Shown here: piece by piece, positions 42,335-52,809 of the stretch | Position numbering within the stretch: position 1 is the stretch's first letter | Layout: each line of letters opens with the position of its first letter | NCBI GenBank assembly: GCA_964016885.1 | Contig: OZ024749.1 | Span: forward strand, 10,788,001-10,852,000 | Reading direction: 5' to 3' | Source of the DNA: Eledone cirrhosa | Lineage: Eukaryota | DNA length: 64,000 bases | Notes under the pieces: model-generated | What the model saw: only the letters and a program-made list of their open reading frames with translations | Database searches by the model: none | Told to the model about the DNA's origin: nothing | Made by a program: the position numbers and the translations under genes

Positions 42335-43535
42335 GTGCATATGTCCATATATCTGTGTGCATGTGTATGTGTGCACATGTCTGTGTGCATGTGTATGTGT
42401 GCATATGAATGTGTGTATGTGTGCATATAAATGTGTGCATGTGTATGTGTGCACATGTCTGTGAATGTATATGTGTGCACATGTCTGTGTGCATGTGTAT
42501 GTGTGCATATGCATGTGTGTATGTGTGCATATGTATGTGTACATATGAATGTGTGCATGTGTATGTGTGCATATGAATGTGCGCATGTGTATGTGTGCAT
42601 GTGTATGTGTGCACATGTCTGTGAATGTATATGTGTGCACATGTCTGTGTGCATGTGTATGTGTGCATATGAATGTGTGTATGTGTGCATATGTATGTGT
42701 ACATACGAATGTATGCATGTGTATGTGTGCACATGTCTGTGAATGTATATGTGTGCACATGTCTGTGTGCATGTGTATGTGTGCATATGAATGTGTGTAT
42801 GTGTGCATATGTATGTGTACATACGAATGTGTGCATGTGTATGTGTGCACATGTCTGTGAATGTATATGTGTGCACATGTCTGTGTGCATGTGTATGTGT
42901 GCATATGAATGTGTGTATGTGTGCATATGTATGTGTACATGTATATGTGTACATACGAATGTATGCATGTGTATGTGTGCATATGTCTGTGTGCATGTGT
43001 ATGTGTGCATATGTCTGTGTGCATGTGTATGTATGCATATGTATGTGTACATGTATATGTGTACATACGAATGTGTGCATGTGTATGTGTGCACATGTCT
43101 GTGAATGTATATGTGTGCACATGTCTGTGTGCATGTGTATGTGTGCATATGAATGTGTGTATGTGTGCATATGTATGTGTACATGTATATGTGTACATAC
43201 GAATGTATGCATGTGTATGTGTGCATATGTCTGTGTGCATGTGTATGTGTGCATATGTCTGTGTGCATGTGTATGTATGCATATGTATGTGTACATGTAT
43301 ATGTGTACATACGAATGTGTGCATGTGTATGTGTGCATATGTCTGTGAATGTATATGTGTGCACATGTCTGTGTGCATGTGTATGTGTGCATATGAATGT
43401 GTGTATGTGTGCATATGTATGTGTACATGTATATGTGTACATACGAATGTGTGCATGTGTATGTGTGCATATGTCTGTGTGCATGTGTATGTGTGCATAT
43501 GTCTGTGTGCATGTGTACGTGTACATGCGTATGTA
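42335..43535. repeat. Complex CA/TG-rich minisatellite built from ATGTGTGC/ATGTGT-type motifs, with 118-bp and 244-bp higher-order periods
   Basis: Recurring GAATGT, CTGTG and ATACGAAT markers. Equivalent ORF starts are spaced 118 bp (42673/42791/42909) and 244 bp (42909/43153) apart. Confidence 0.9.
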
Positions 43536-43544
43536 TATATATAT

Positions 43545-43716
43545 GGTAAAGACCCCGTTCGGTCACGAATGACCATGGGATTTGCACGAGCCTCAAGTCC
43601 AGGCAAGGTGGAAGAGCAGCAGTTGCCCATGCATACCAGTCTCCCCTCTTCACGCCACTCATGTCTCAAATCATTTCTACAGCCGAGAGAACTGGAGCAA
43701 CGTCAAATAAAGTGTC
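43545..43716 (-). mobile_element. Headless SINE fragment sharing the family A core but with a different tail
   Basis: TCATTTCTACAGCCGAGAGAACTGGAGCAACGTCAAATAAAGTGTC matches TCATTTCTACAGCTGAGTAAACTGGAGCAATGTGAAATAAAGTGTC at ~52261-52306. Confidence 0.6.
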
Positions 43717-43794
43717 CTTTGTTCTGTCCTACACCATCTTGTTTCTGTGTTGTGAACACACACAAAACAAGATGGTGTAGGACAGAACAAAGGA
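43715..43794. repeat. Perfect 30-bp inverted repeat with 20-nt spacer
   Basis: TCCTTTGTTCTGTCCTACACCATCTTGTTT (43715-43744) is the exact reverse complement of 43765-43794. Confidence 0.9.
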
Positions 43795-44177
43795 GGGACA
43801 CAAAATAAAAACCTAGTCACTGAGGAGGTCACAGAATGTGTCAGTCGACTGTAACAGTAAATTTGGTGGTGTGGTCATGTGTGGCCTTTCTAAAAAAGAG
43901 GAAGGTCAGTTGTCCGAGTTTTGGTGGGTACATTCAAAGTGTGAACAAAGGATTTATTCATAATATAAAAAAGTAAATGGAAAAAAGTAAATGGAAACAA
44001 CAAAGTACAATGAAAAAATATATTAGTTTAGTGATTGATATAGTAGGAAAAGTGTTTTTGTTTCAGACACTAGTCCTTCATCAGAAGATAGAATGAGTAT
44101 TAAAAGATGAAATAAAAAGATATAAAGTGAGACGAAGAAACAAAAATAGATTTTTTTTTTAGAAAAAACATATATGT

Positions 44178-45826
44178 ATTCATTTTAGAGAACTGTCCCT
44201 TTTCGAGAGGGTTATGGGGGAAGAATCCTCAAACACTTCTTCCAGCAGGTCCTGTCAGAAGCAATGGTCTCCAACTGATCCAGCTGGATCCCCACGCGAG
44301 ACCAGCCAAGCTCATAGATGATATCCAACTATCTTTCTCGGTGTCTATCCCTGGGTCTATTGACGGTTGGTTTTGCCCGTTAGATCTGTCCTGCGATTCT
44401 TTCCTGAGACATTCTAACCACATGCCCGTAGTATCGGAGTTGTGATCTCTCAACTCAGAGAAGTAGCGGCTTTACCTGGAGTGAATCTCTAATCTCCAAG
44501 CTACGCACTTTATCGAGTAACGTTACTCCAAAGACCCTTCAGAGGAATCCCATTTCAGCCTCTTGCATTCATGATCCTATTCCTTCAGTCATTACCTAAG
44601 ATTCATGAACATAGGGTTGGCATGACTACTGAGTTGAAGATAGCGAGTTTGGCTTTTACACCTACCTTCCTTCTTCTGATTTCTGAATGTTGGAGCTGGC
44701 GCATTACTGCATCAATTCTTGCACTTAATTCAACCTTCCAACTTCCATCACTTGTGAACAGGGCCCCAAGATACTTGAACTTCTCTACCTGCTTCAGTTG
44801 AACTCCATTCACATATATAGTGCACTGCGCAGGCTTCCTTGAGAGGACAAGTGTCTCAGTTTTCACAGCACTCGGCATCAACCCTATCAAGTGCAAGTCG
44901 AAGATCACCATCTGTCGAGTTGAGTAACACTATGTTGTCTGCAAATTCCAGCTGACTGATTTTACACCTGCCAGTCATGATACCACTTCTAAACCAGCTG
45001 CATATGTCAATCTTGTTCATGTAAATAATGAACAGAAGAGGTGACAGTACGCACCCTTGGCAGAGTCTGACTCACACACTGAATGGTTTCAATTTAGCAC
45101 CATTTATCTGAACACAAACATTCGGGCATTCCTATTGAGACATCAGGGCAGCAAGAAGCTGACCATAAATCCTGCACAACCTTCCACAGCAGGTCCCAAG
45201 GAACGTGGTCATGTGCCTTTTCAAGGTTGACAAAATAAGAATACTCCTCTTGGCAATACTTCAATGATTTCTCAAATACCTGCCACAGTGTGAATATTTG
45301 GTCAGCTGTGCTGCGTCCAGGGCGAAAACCACACTGTTCATCAGCTATCTTGGACTCAACAATCTCCTTGCATCTCTTTACCAGACACTTAGCATAGACT
45401 TTACCAGGGAGGCTTAACAAGGAGATCCCTCTGTAATTGGAACAATCTCTCTTGTCTCTCTTTTTGAAAATTGGGATTATCACTCTTGATTGCCATTAGT
45501 TAGTGCCCTTCCTGAGATCCAGGCCTCATGGCACACACGAGTCAGTCAGAGAATACCTTCTCTATTTAAGGCTTTTAACAATTCGGGCTGGATTTCATCT
45601 TCCCCAGTGGCTTTGCCACATTTGAGCTCTTTGACTGCTCTTGTGACCTCAGCCTCTGAGAGATTAGTCACCACTCCCAGATGCACCTCAAGTACATCAG
45701 AAGATGCTGTTGTGATCAGGTTTAGGAGATCAGCAAAGTATTCTCTCCACCTCGCGAGGATGTACCTCTCCGAATAGAGGAAAACCCCAGATGTGTTCTT
45801 GATAACAGATGTGGAGAGAACTGTCA
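44178..45826 (-). mobile_element. Decayed 5'-truncated RTE-clade LINE (reverse transcriptase pseudogene)
   Basis: Frameshifted ORF pieces: RWREYFADLLN; IIPIFKK..DCSNYRGISLLSLPGKVYAK; EQCGFRPGRSTADQIFTL; QLKQVEKFKYLG; and a C-terminal LRYYGHVVRM. These are ordered non-LTR RT motifs. Confidence 0.92.
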
Positions 45827-45859
45827 AAAGAATATATATATATATATATATATATATAT

Positions 45860-45911
45860 TCTTTTATTCTTTTACCTGTTCCAGCTGACTGGCTGGGGCC
45901 ATGCTGGGATA
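45860..45911 (-). mobile_element. Short SINE 3'-end remnant
   Basis: Reverse complement TCCCAGCATGGCCCCAGCCAGTCAGCTGGAACAGGTAAAAGAATAAAAG. A related TCCCAGCATGGCCTCAGTC is at ~50431-50449 (+). Confidence 0.4.
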
Positions 45912-45940
45912 CACACACACTAACACATATATATATATAT

Positions 45941-46285
45941 GGAGGCACATGGCTTAGTGGTTAGAGCATTGGCCTTGCAATCGAAAGGCTGTGAGTTCAA
46001 TTCTCAGACCGGGTGATGTGTTGTTTCCTTGAGCAAGACACTTTATTTCACATTTCTCCAGTTTACTCAGCTGTAGTAATGAGATGATAGGGACTGGGGT
46101 TTCTATCATTCCACTGCAAAGTGGTTGTGGAGGTGCCACGGCAAAAAAGCACCCAGCACTCACTGTAAAAGAGGTTGGTGTTAGGAAGGGCATCCAGCTG
46201 TAGAAATCATGCCAGATCAGTTCCAGTCCCACCCTTGCAAGCAGGGAAAAGTGGACGTAAAATGAAATGAAAATGAATGAAAATG
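45941..46285 (+). mobile_element. Full-length tRNA-derived SINE (family A)
   Basis: A box TGGCTTAGTGG (45950-45960), B box GAGTTCAATTC (45993-46003), core TCCTTGAGCAAGACACTTTA, tail containing TTGGTGTTAGGAAGGG (46175-46190), and an (AAATG)n end. Confidence 0.9.
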
Positions 46286-46916
46286 TATTATTTTCATATT
46301 TGATTTTAAAATCTAGAATTAAATATCAGACATGAAAGGAAGGATTTTAAGATAGATATGTGTATGTGTATGTGTGTGTATGTGTGTGTGCGTATGTGTG
46401 TGTATGTGTGTGTGTGTGTGTATGTGTGTGTGTGTGTGTATGTCGGCGAACATTAGAAATTGGAATCATGTCTACTATAAATTGAATATTTCAGACAATA
46501 AATTGCCAACAAATGCTACATTACATTGTTATAAGACATAAGTGGAAGAAATACCACAGAACTGCAGTCCGCTGAAAAACATATACAACCATCGATTATG
46601 ATTGTTAAACATGCACATCAAAGTTGTTGTCGGAACTACAATAAAAACAATAATCAATTAACTCTGTATCATATTCTTATCGTTTTTGCTAATATTTTCT
46701 CTTTTCTTTAACTCAATATTTTTTTTCTTTATCCATCAACTAATCCAAACCGATGATCCATTTGGTAGAAGGAAAAGTATTTTTTTTTTTTTCTGCAAAT
46801 CTTTGTTTCTTGTTAGTGCTAACTTTGAAGCACTTCCTTTCTCTTGCTATCCCCTCCGTCTTCTCTCTTCCCTCTCTCACACTTTTCCCTGCTCTCTCTG
46901 TCTATCTATCTACTTG

Positions 46917-46958
<42 letters not shown>

Positions 46959-47400
46959 TCAGCAACAAATAGTTTGGTTTAATTTAACATATATAGTAGT
47001 TGGAAATCTATTTTTTCTTCCATATATATATGTATGCATGTGTGTGTGTATTTATATCATCATCATCATATGTATATATATATATATATATATATACATA
47101 TATTGAGGTTATTGGGTGGGTCTACAAAGTCTGAGATTTGCCATGCTATCAATAATCTTTCGATACTATCTGCTTCCCTGGCATTCACTTTCCTTTGGTT
47201 AATTTTCATTTGCAATTTTCATTCCTTTTCAGGTCAACCGCATCTGAGTCTATTCCATGAGAATACCAACTAGACAGTCTCCCAACCTATGCTCTCTCCA
47301 CAATAAAATATTTATATTAGTTTCTTTAAGTTTGATGTATTTCTTAAATAAATCTATATTATCAAGGCAGGGCTGTATTAGTGCCTGGCTGGGCTTTTAA

Positions 47401-47623
47401 CCCTTTAGCATTCACATTACTCTATATTTACTATTATATTTTCATGGTAAAGGCTTTACCTCACATAATTATCTCACATAATATCGAATCTATGAGATTT
47501 TGATGTTATTTATTTTGAGAACAATACTCTAATATCAGTATGTTATCGGCTGGTTATGGCCGGTTTGAACAGAAAGAGGAGAGAGAATTCTGGCCAGATA
47601 CGACCGGTTTAAATGTCAAAGGG
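47401..47623. mobile_element. piggyBac-like MITE
   Basis: TTAA on both flanks (47397-47400, 47624-47627). Termini CCCTTTAGCATT / AATGTCAAAGGG match at 10/12 as an inverted repeat. Confidence 0.7.
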
Positions 47624-47757
47624 TTAAGATTTTGAATATTGTCTGCCACTTCTGGTATTTTCATTCCCCCCCCCCCCCCCCCACAGCAAATAAATAAATA
47701 ATTAAATAAATTGACAGAGCACTAATCCTTGTAGGTCCACTAGGCTTTAGCCTAGTC

Positions 47758-49322
47758 CAGGGGTGTCAAACACAAATGTTGAAAAAGGCCATTATGTCTG
47801 AGGGAGAGGCACAGATGAGGGGAGGGATGGACATAATTGCCACCAGTTATAATGTTAATCTACAATACAGCTGATAAGTTGCTATTTATTTATTTTCATC
47901 AAAGTTTATACACATATGAAAGTAGGATATGTGAAGTAGTACAACATGTAGGGGGACTAATTAGTATAACATGTAGGGGGACTAATTGATATAACATGTA
48001 GGGGGACTAATTAGTATAACATGTAGGGGGACTAATTGATATAACATGTAGGGGGACTAATTAGTATAACATGTAGGGGGACTAATTGATATAACATGTA
48101 GGGGGACTAATTGATATAACATGTAGGGGGACTAATTGATATAACATGTAGGGGGACTAATTAGTATAACATGTAGGGGGACTAATTGATATAACATGTA
48201 GGGGGACTAATTAGTATAACATGTAGGGGGACTAATTGATATAACATGTAGGGGGACTAATTGATATAACATGTAGGGGGACTAATTGATATAACATGTA
48301 GGGGGACTAATTAGTATAACATGTAGGGGGACTAATTGATATAACATGTAGGGGGACTAATTGATATAACATGTAGGGGGACTAATTGATATAACATGTA
48401 GGGGGACTAATTGATATAACATGTAGGGGGACTAATTAGTATAACATGTAGGGGGACTAATTGATATAACATGTAGGGGGACTAATTGATATAACATGTA
48501 GGGGGACTAATTGATATAACATGTAGGGGGACTAATTAGTATAACATGTAGGGGGACTAATTGATATAACATGTAGGGGGACTAATTGATATAACATGTA
48601 GGGGGACTAATTGATATAACATGTAGGGGGACTAATTAGTATAACATGTAGGGGGACTAATTGATATAACATGTAGGGGGACTAATTAGTATAACATGTA
48701 GGGGGACTAATTGATATAACATGTAGGGGGACTAATTAATATAAAATGTAGGGAGACTAATTAGTATAACATGTAGGGGGACAAATTAATATACAATGTA
48801 GGGGGACTAATTAATATAACATGTAGGGGGACGAATTAATATAAAATGTAGGGAGACTAATTAGTATAACATGTAGGGGGACAAATTAATATACAATGTA
48901 GGGGGACTAATTAATATAAAATGAAGGGGGACAAATTAATATAACATGTAGGGGGACAAATTAATATAACATATAGGGGGACAAATTAATATAACATGTA
49001 GGGGGACAAATTGATATAACATGTAGGGGGATTAATATAACATGTAGAGGGGGGCTAATTAATATAAAATGTAGAGGGATTAATTGATATAACATGTAGG
49101 GGGACTAATTTTCCATTTCAAATTTTCCCTAATTATGTTTCTACTTTTGGTAAATTCTTTTTTTTCCATTTCATTGTATTTCCTGAGTAAATTGCAATAA
49201 ATTGTACTAGAAATATTAAACGAGGGACAAATAACCAAGTTTTAGTCAGAAACAGTGTTCTGCAGTGAACCATAAAAGGTAGTTCACAGACTGCATTATA
49301 CATGCAGCCTGTGAACTACCTG
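47758..49322. mobile_element. Non-autonomous hAT (Charlie/Buster-like) element containing a minisatellite
   Basis: Begins CAGGGGTGTCAAAC and ends ...ACCTG. Exact 8-bp target duplication GCCTAGTC at 47750-47757 and 49323-49330, with central TA. Subterminal palindrome at 49278-49321. Confidence 0.75.
47943..49110. repeat. 25-bp minisatellite, ~46 units, TAACATGTAGGGGGACTAATT(GA/AG)TA
   Basis: Direct 25-bp periodicity with two interspersed variants (TTGAT / TTAGT); degenerates after ~48730. Confidence 0.97.
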
Positions 49323-49640
49323 GCCTAGTCAGATTTATGAATAATATGACCCTGGATCAACATTAAGTTACAATTCCTTTTTCATATTTAAGAAGCTGAC
49401 AACATAAGTTTCAAATTATGTTACAGTGAAATTTGTAATAGAAATACTCTCCATCTCTCTATTTCTCTCTCCCTCTCTCTATTTCTCTCTCCCTCTCTCT
49501 ATTTCTCTTGACCCATAACTCTTGGTGGAGTCGTAGGGGCAGTGGAATATACTGACAAATGATGTTTCATGGGTAATTATTAAATCTATCTGAGCAACAT
49601 CCCCTCTCCATGTCTGAACACAAATGGTTTCTTCCAGACA

Positions 49641-49642
<2 letters not shown>

Positions 49643-49708
<66 letters not shown>
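49643..49708. repeat. (GA)n microsatellite
   Basis: Perfect GA run. Confidence 0.95.
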
Positions 49709-49710
<2 letters not shown>

Positions 49711-49842
49711 TGGACTGATACTTTTTATTTATCAACTTTGAAAGGATGAAAGGTAAAGTTGACCTTGACATGATTTAAAGTGAGAGACTATAGAGCTGGA
49801 ATGAACACGACAAAGCATTCTATCTGACATTCTAACAACTAA
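49709..49842 (-). mobile_element. Diverged SINE (family B)
   Basis: Reverse complement contains GGTCAACTTTACCTTTCATCCTTTCAAAGTTGATAAATAAAAGTATCAGT, homologous to the core of 51497-51676. Confidence 0.65.
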
Positions 49843-50323
49843 TAGAAACACTATAGAGTGTGCAGGTGGTCGTCACAGCTGAATGTAAAGTTCAAAAGAA
49901 GAAATATATTGATGAGGCTAGGTGTGAGTATATAGGTTATTGATTTGCTATATATAGATAGCTGGTGCGTTTCCTCTACATATACAAATGCACGTGCCAA
50001 ATCGAAAGTTATAAACGAGCATGTGTGCACATACACATACATGCACACACAGACACACACTCACAAGCTCACATATGTACACAAATGCACACACACACTT
50101 CAAAAAACATTCTCATATGCATATACTATACATATATATATATACATACATGCATATATACATCTCTCTGGTGGCTTGTTCTCAGCCATCGTGTAATCTG
50201 GGCTCAATATTATGCAATACTGCAGCTATGCATGAAATTGCATTGCCTAGGATGTGGCTGAAGAGGAAAAGATACTTTTGTTCATTCACCCCACGTATTT
50301 TGCTTTTTGTTTGTAAAACTTTG

Positions 50324-50369
<46 letters not shown>

Positions 50370-50685
50370 AGAGAGAGAGAGAGAGAGAGAGAGAGGTTTC
50401 ACATTAGTGTTTTTATTGAAACATATGATGTCCCAGCATGGCCTCAGTCTGTGGGCTAGAACATGTAATGCTGTAATATATATATATATATATATATATA
50501 TAACGAATGAAATTAGCCGTCGAAACGGCTTGAGCTCAGCCGTCGGGGTCCTACCCGTTCCTATATATATATATATATATATATATAGTAATAATAATAA
50601 TAATAATAGTAATAATAATAAATTTGAAGACTAAAATCCAGAGATTCTTTGCTTAAACTTTAATCTGTTATTTTAATAAATATAA

Positions 50686-50728
<43 letters not shown>

Positions 50729-50851
50729 AAAGATTTATTTAAAATTGTTGGGTTACAACGTGTAAATATTTTATAACTGATATAAAAGCACTCAACAGTT
50801 TTTGGAGTAGGTTTACGATATTAAACAAATGGAAACTATATTTATAAAACC

Positions 50852-51124
50852 ATATTTATTTCGTTATATATATTTCTGGGATATCATATTAAAAATATGG
50901 TATGCCTTCCTCAGACAAAATACAATATACAAGCTGTTTTATAAATAATTTTGACATACCTTAGAATAATGCAACTTCCATTTAAAAAGTTGATTTGGTA
51001 GTTGCATTATTCTAAGGTATGTCAAAATTATTTATAAAACAGCTTGTATATTGTATTTTGTCTGAGGAAGGCATACCATATTTTTAATATGATATCCCAG
51101 AAATATATATAACGAAATAAATAT
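50852..51124. repeat. Perfect 125-bp inverted repeat with 23-nt spacer
   Basis: 50852-50976 is the exact reverse complement of 51000-51124 (compared base by base). Confidence 0.95.
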
Positions 51125-51126
51125 CG

Positions 51127-51157
<31 letters not shown>

Positions 51158-51344
51158 ATATTTGAGGATGGTCATGTTGCCAATATTGTCAATAAAAAGA
51201 AATATACACACCATATAATTTTCATTTTATCTTTATCTTTATTGCTCATTATTCATTCGTTTGTCACAGTTCTTTCGTCACACATTCTGTGACCTCCTCA
51301 ATGACTGTTTGCTTTGTGCCTCATCTTTCTGGTCTTGAACTTCT

Positions 51345-52040
51345 ACTCCATCTTGTCTTGGATTATGCAATGTGACAGGCTATAGACAATAGGCAAGAAA
51401 GCCTTGGTCTCACTATTGACCAGCAGAGATCCCAATGAGGACTAACAGTAACCATCACAGACCTGGACTCTGCTGATGATATAGTGTTGTTATCAGGATT
51501 GGCAGTATCGGTAGAGGGTCGGACGCCATGCTTTGACGTATAGAGTTACGGCCCTTGCCATTCTGAGTTCAAATCCCGCCGCGGTTAACTTTGTCTTTCA
51601 TCCTTATGGATGTTGATAAAATAAAGTACCAGTAATATACTGGGTAATTGCTGGCCTTGTGCCAAAAGTAGAAACAGTTATCAGATGAAATTAATAAAGT
51701 GCAGAAGCTGCTAAGAAGAGTAGAAACATCTGCTAAAACTGGACTACCTACAAATGTCAAGAAACCTGAATATACGACCTTCAACCAATCAAGTAACACC
51801 AAACTGTTCCCATTGAGTGGTTCCACATTGAATGTTGTTGAAGATTTTAAGTACTTAGATAGTTGTGTGACCAGTCCAGAAGCAGATGTCAAAGTGAGGA
51901 GGGCGCAAGCTTGAACAGCTTGTCACAAATTAAAGAAAATCTGGCTTTTTAAATAGCCTCGAAAGATCAAAATCCCTCCAACTTTTGAATCCAAACATTT
52001 GTATGGCAGTAAACATGGAGACTAACTGAGAAGTTACCAT
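51345..52040 (+). mobile_element. Decayed non-LTR (RTE-like) reverse transcriptase fragment interrupted by a SINE
   Basis: ITDLDSADDIVLLS continues, after removing the insert, as DEINKVQKLLRRVE...LNVVEDFKYLDS...VKVRRAQA. These correspond to the RT (Y/F)ADD and FKYLG motifs. Stops are present. Confidence 0.75.
51497..51676 (+). mobile_element. tRNA-derived SINE (family B, Nin/Deu-like core) with 8-bp TSD
   Basis: B box GAGTTCAAATCC, core GGTTAACTTTGTCTTTCATCC...GATAAAATAAAGTACCAGT. TSD GTTATCAG at 51489-51496 and 51677-51684. Confidence 0.85.
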
Positions 52041-52077
52041 AAACGTGTATATATATACATACATATATATATATATA

Positions 52078-52402
52078 TCATTTTACGTCTGCTTTTCCCT
52101 GCTTGCAGGGGTGGGACGGGAACTGATTCTGGCTTGATTTCTACAGCTGGATGCCCTTCCTAACACCAACCTCATTTACAGTGAGTGCTGGGTGCTTTTT
52201 GCCGTGGCACCTCCACGACCACTTTGCAGTGGAATGATAGGGACCCCAGTCCCTATCATCTCATTTCTACAGCTGAGTAAACTGGAGCAATGTGAAATAA
52301 AGTGTCTTGCTCAAGGAAACAACACATCACCCGGTCTGAGAATTGAACTCACAACCTTTCGATTGCAAGGCCAATGCTCTAACCACTAAGCCATGTGCCT
52401 CC
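52078..52402 (-). mobile_element. Full-length tRNA-derived SINE (family A)
   Basis: Near-identical reverse complement of 45941-46265, with A and B boxes intact. Confidence 0.9.
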
Positions 52403-52440
52403 ATATACATGTATGTATATATATATACATGTATATGTGT

Positions 52441-52809
52441 GAATATATGTATTGTATATTTGGCAATATACTGTATGCTTAATTAACAACATTTTGAAGA
52501 CCTTGCTCTATCATTTTAAAGTAGTGACTATGTCACTTACTTCTTTATTCAACAAACGAAGGGAGATAAGCTGACAAATCTGTTTCACACTGTTGGTGTT
52601 CATCAGAGCTTAGCACTCGCCGACCTTTGTTGAAAATTATAGAGGCTGGATTCTTATAGAATTGCAGTAATAATCAGGAACTGATTATACAGAGTGCTTG
52701 CTGGTCCAGCAAAAATTGAAAATTAGAATTGGTGCTCTGAAATAGCGATGTATACATGAATATATGTATAGTATATTTGGCAATATACTGTATGTTTAAT
52801 TAAAAACAT
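52441..52809 (-). mobile_element. Direct-repeat-bounded 317-bp unit carrying a hammerhead ribozyme (candidate non-LTR retrozyme)
   Basis: 52-bp direct repeats at 52441-52492 and 52758-52809 (49/52 identical). Non-coding interior with an intact hammerhead. Confidence 0.7.
52567..52612 (-). ncRNA. Canonical minimal type I hammerhead ribozyme (GUC cleavage site)
   Basis: Minus strand: TAAGCT-CTGATGA-ACAC-CAACA-GTGT-GAAA-CAGATTTG-TC-AGCTTA. 6-bp stem I, complete CUGAUGA/GAAA/UC core, 4-bp stem II, short near-palindromic stem III. Predicted cut between 52573 and 52572. Confidence 0.85.

Noticed and set aside
42186-43808. Overlapping His/Thr-rich and Cys/Val-rich ORFs in six frames (also at 53328-54395)
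   Set aside because: Artefacts of CA/TG low-complexity DNA that lacks stop codons.
45941-46015. tRNA gene (also at 40420-40495 and 52330-52402)
   Set aside because: A and B boxes are present, but there is no proper acceptor stem and the sequence continues into a shared SINE body.
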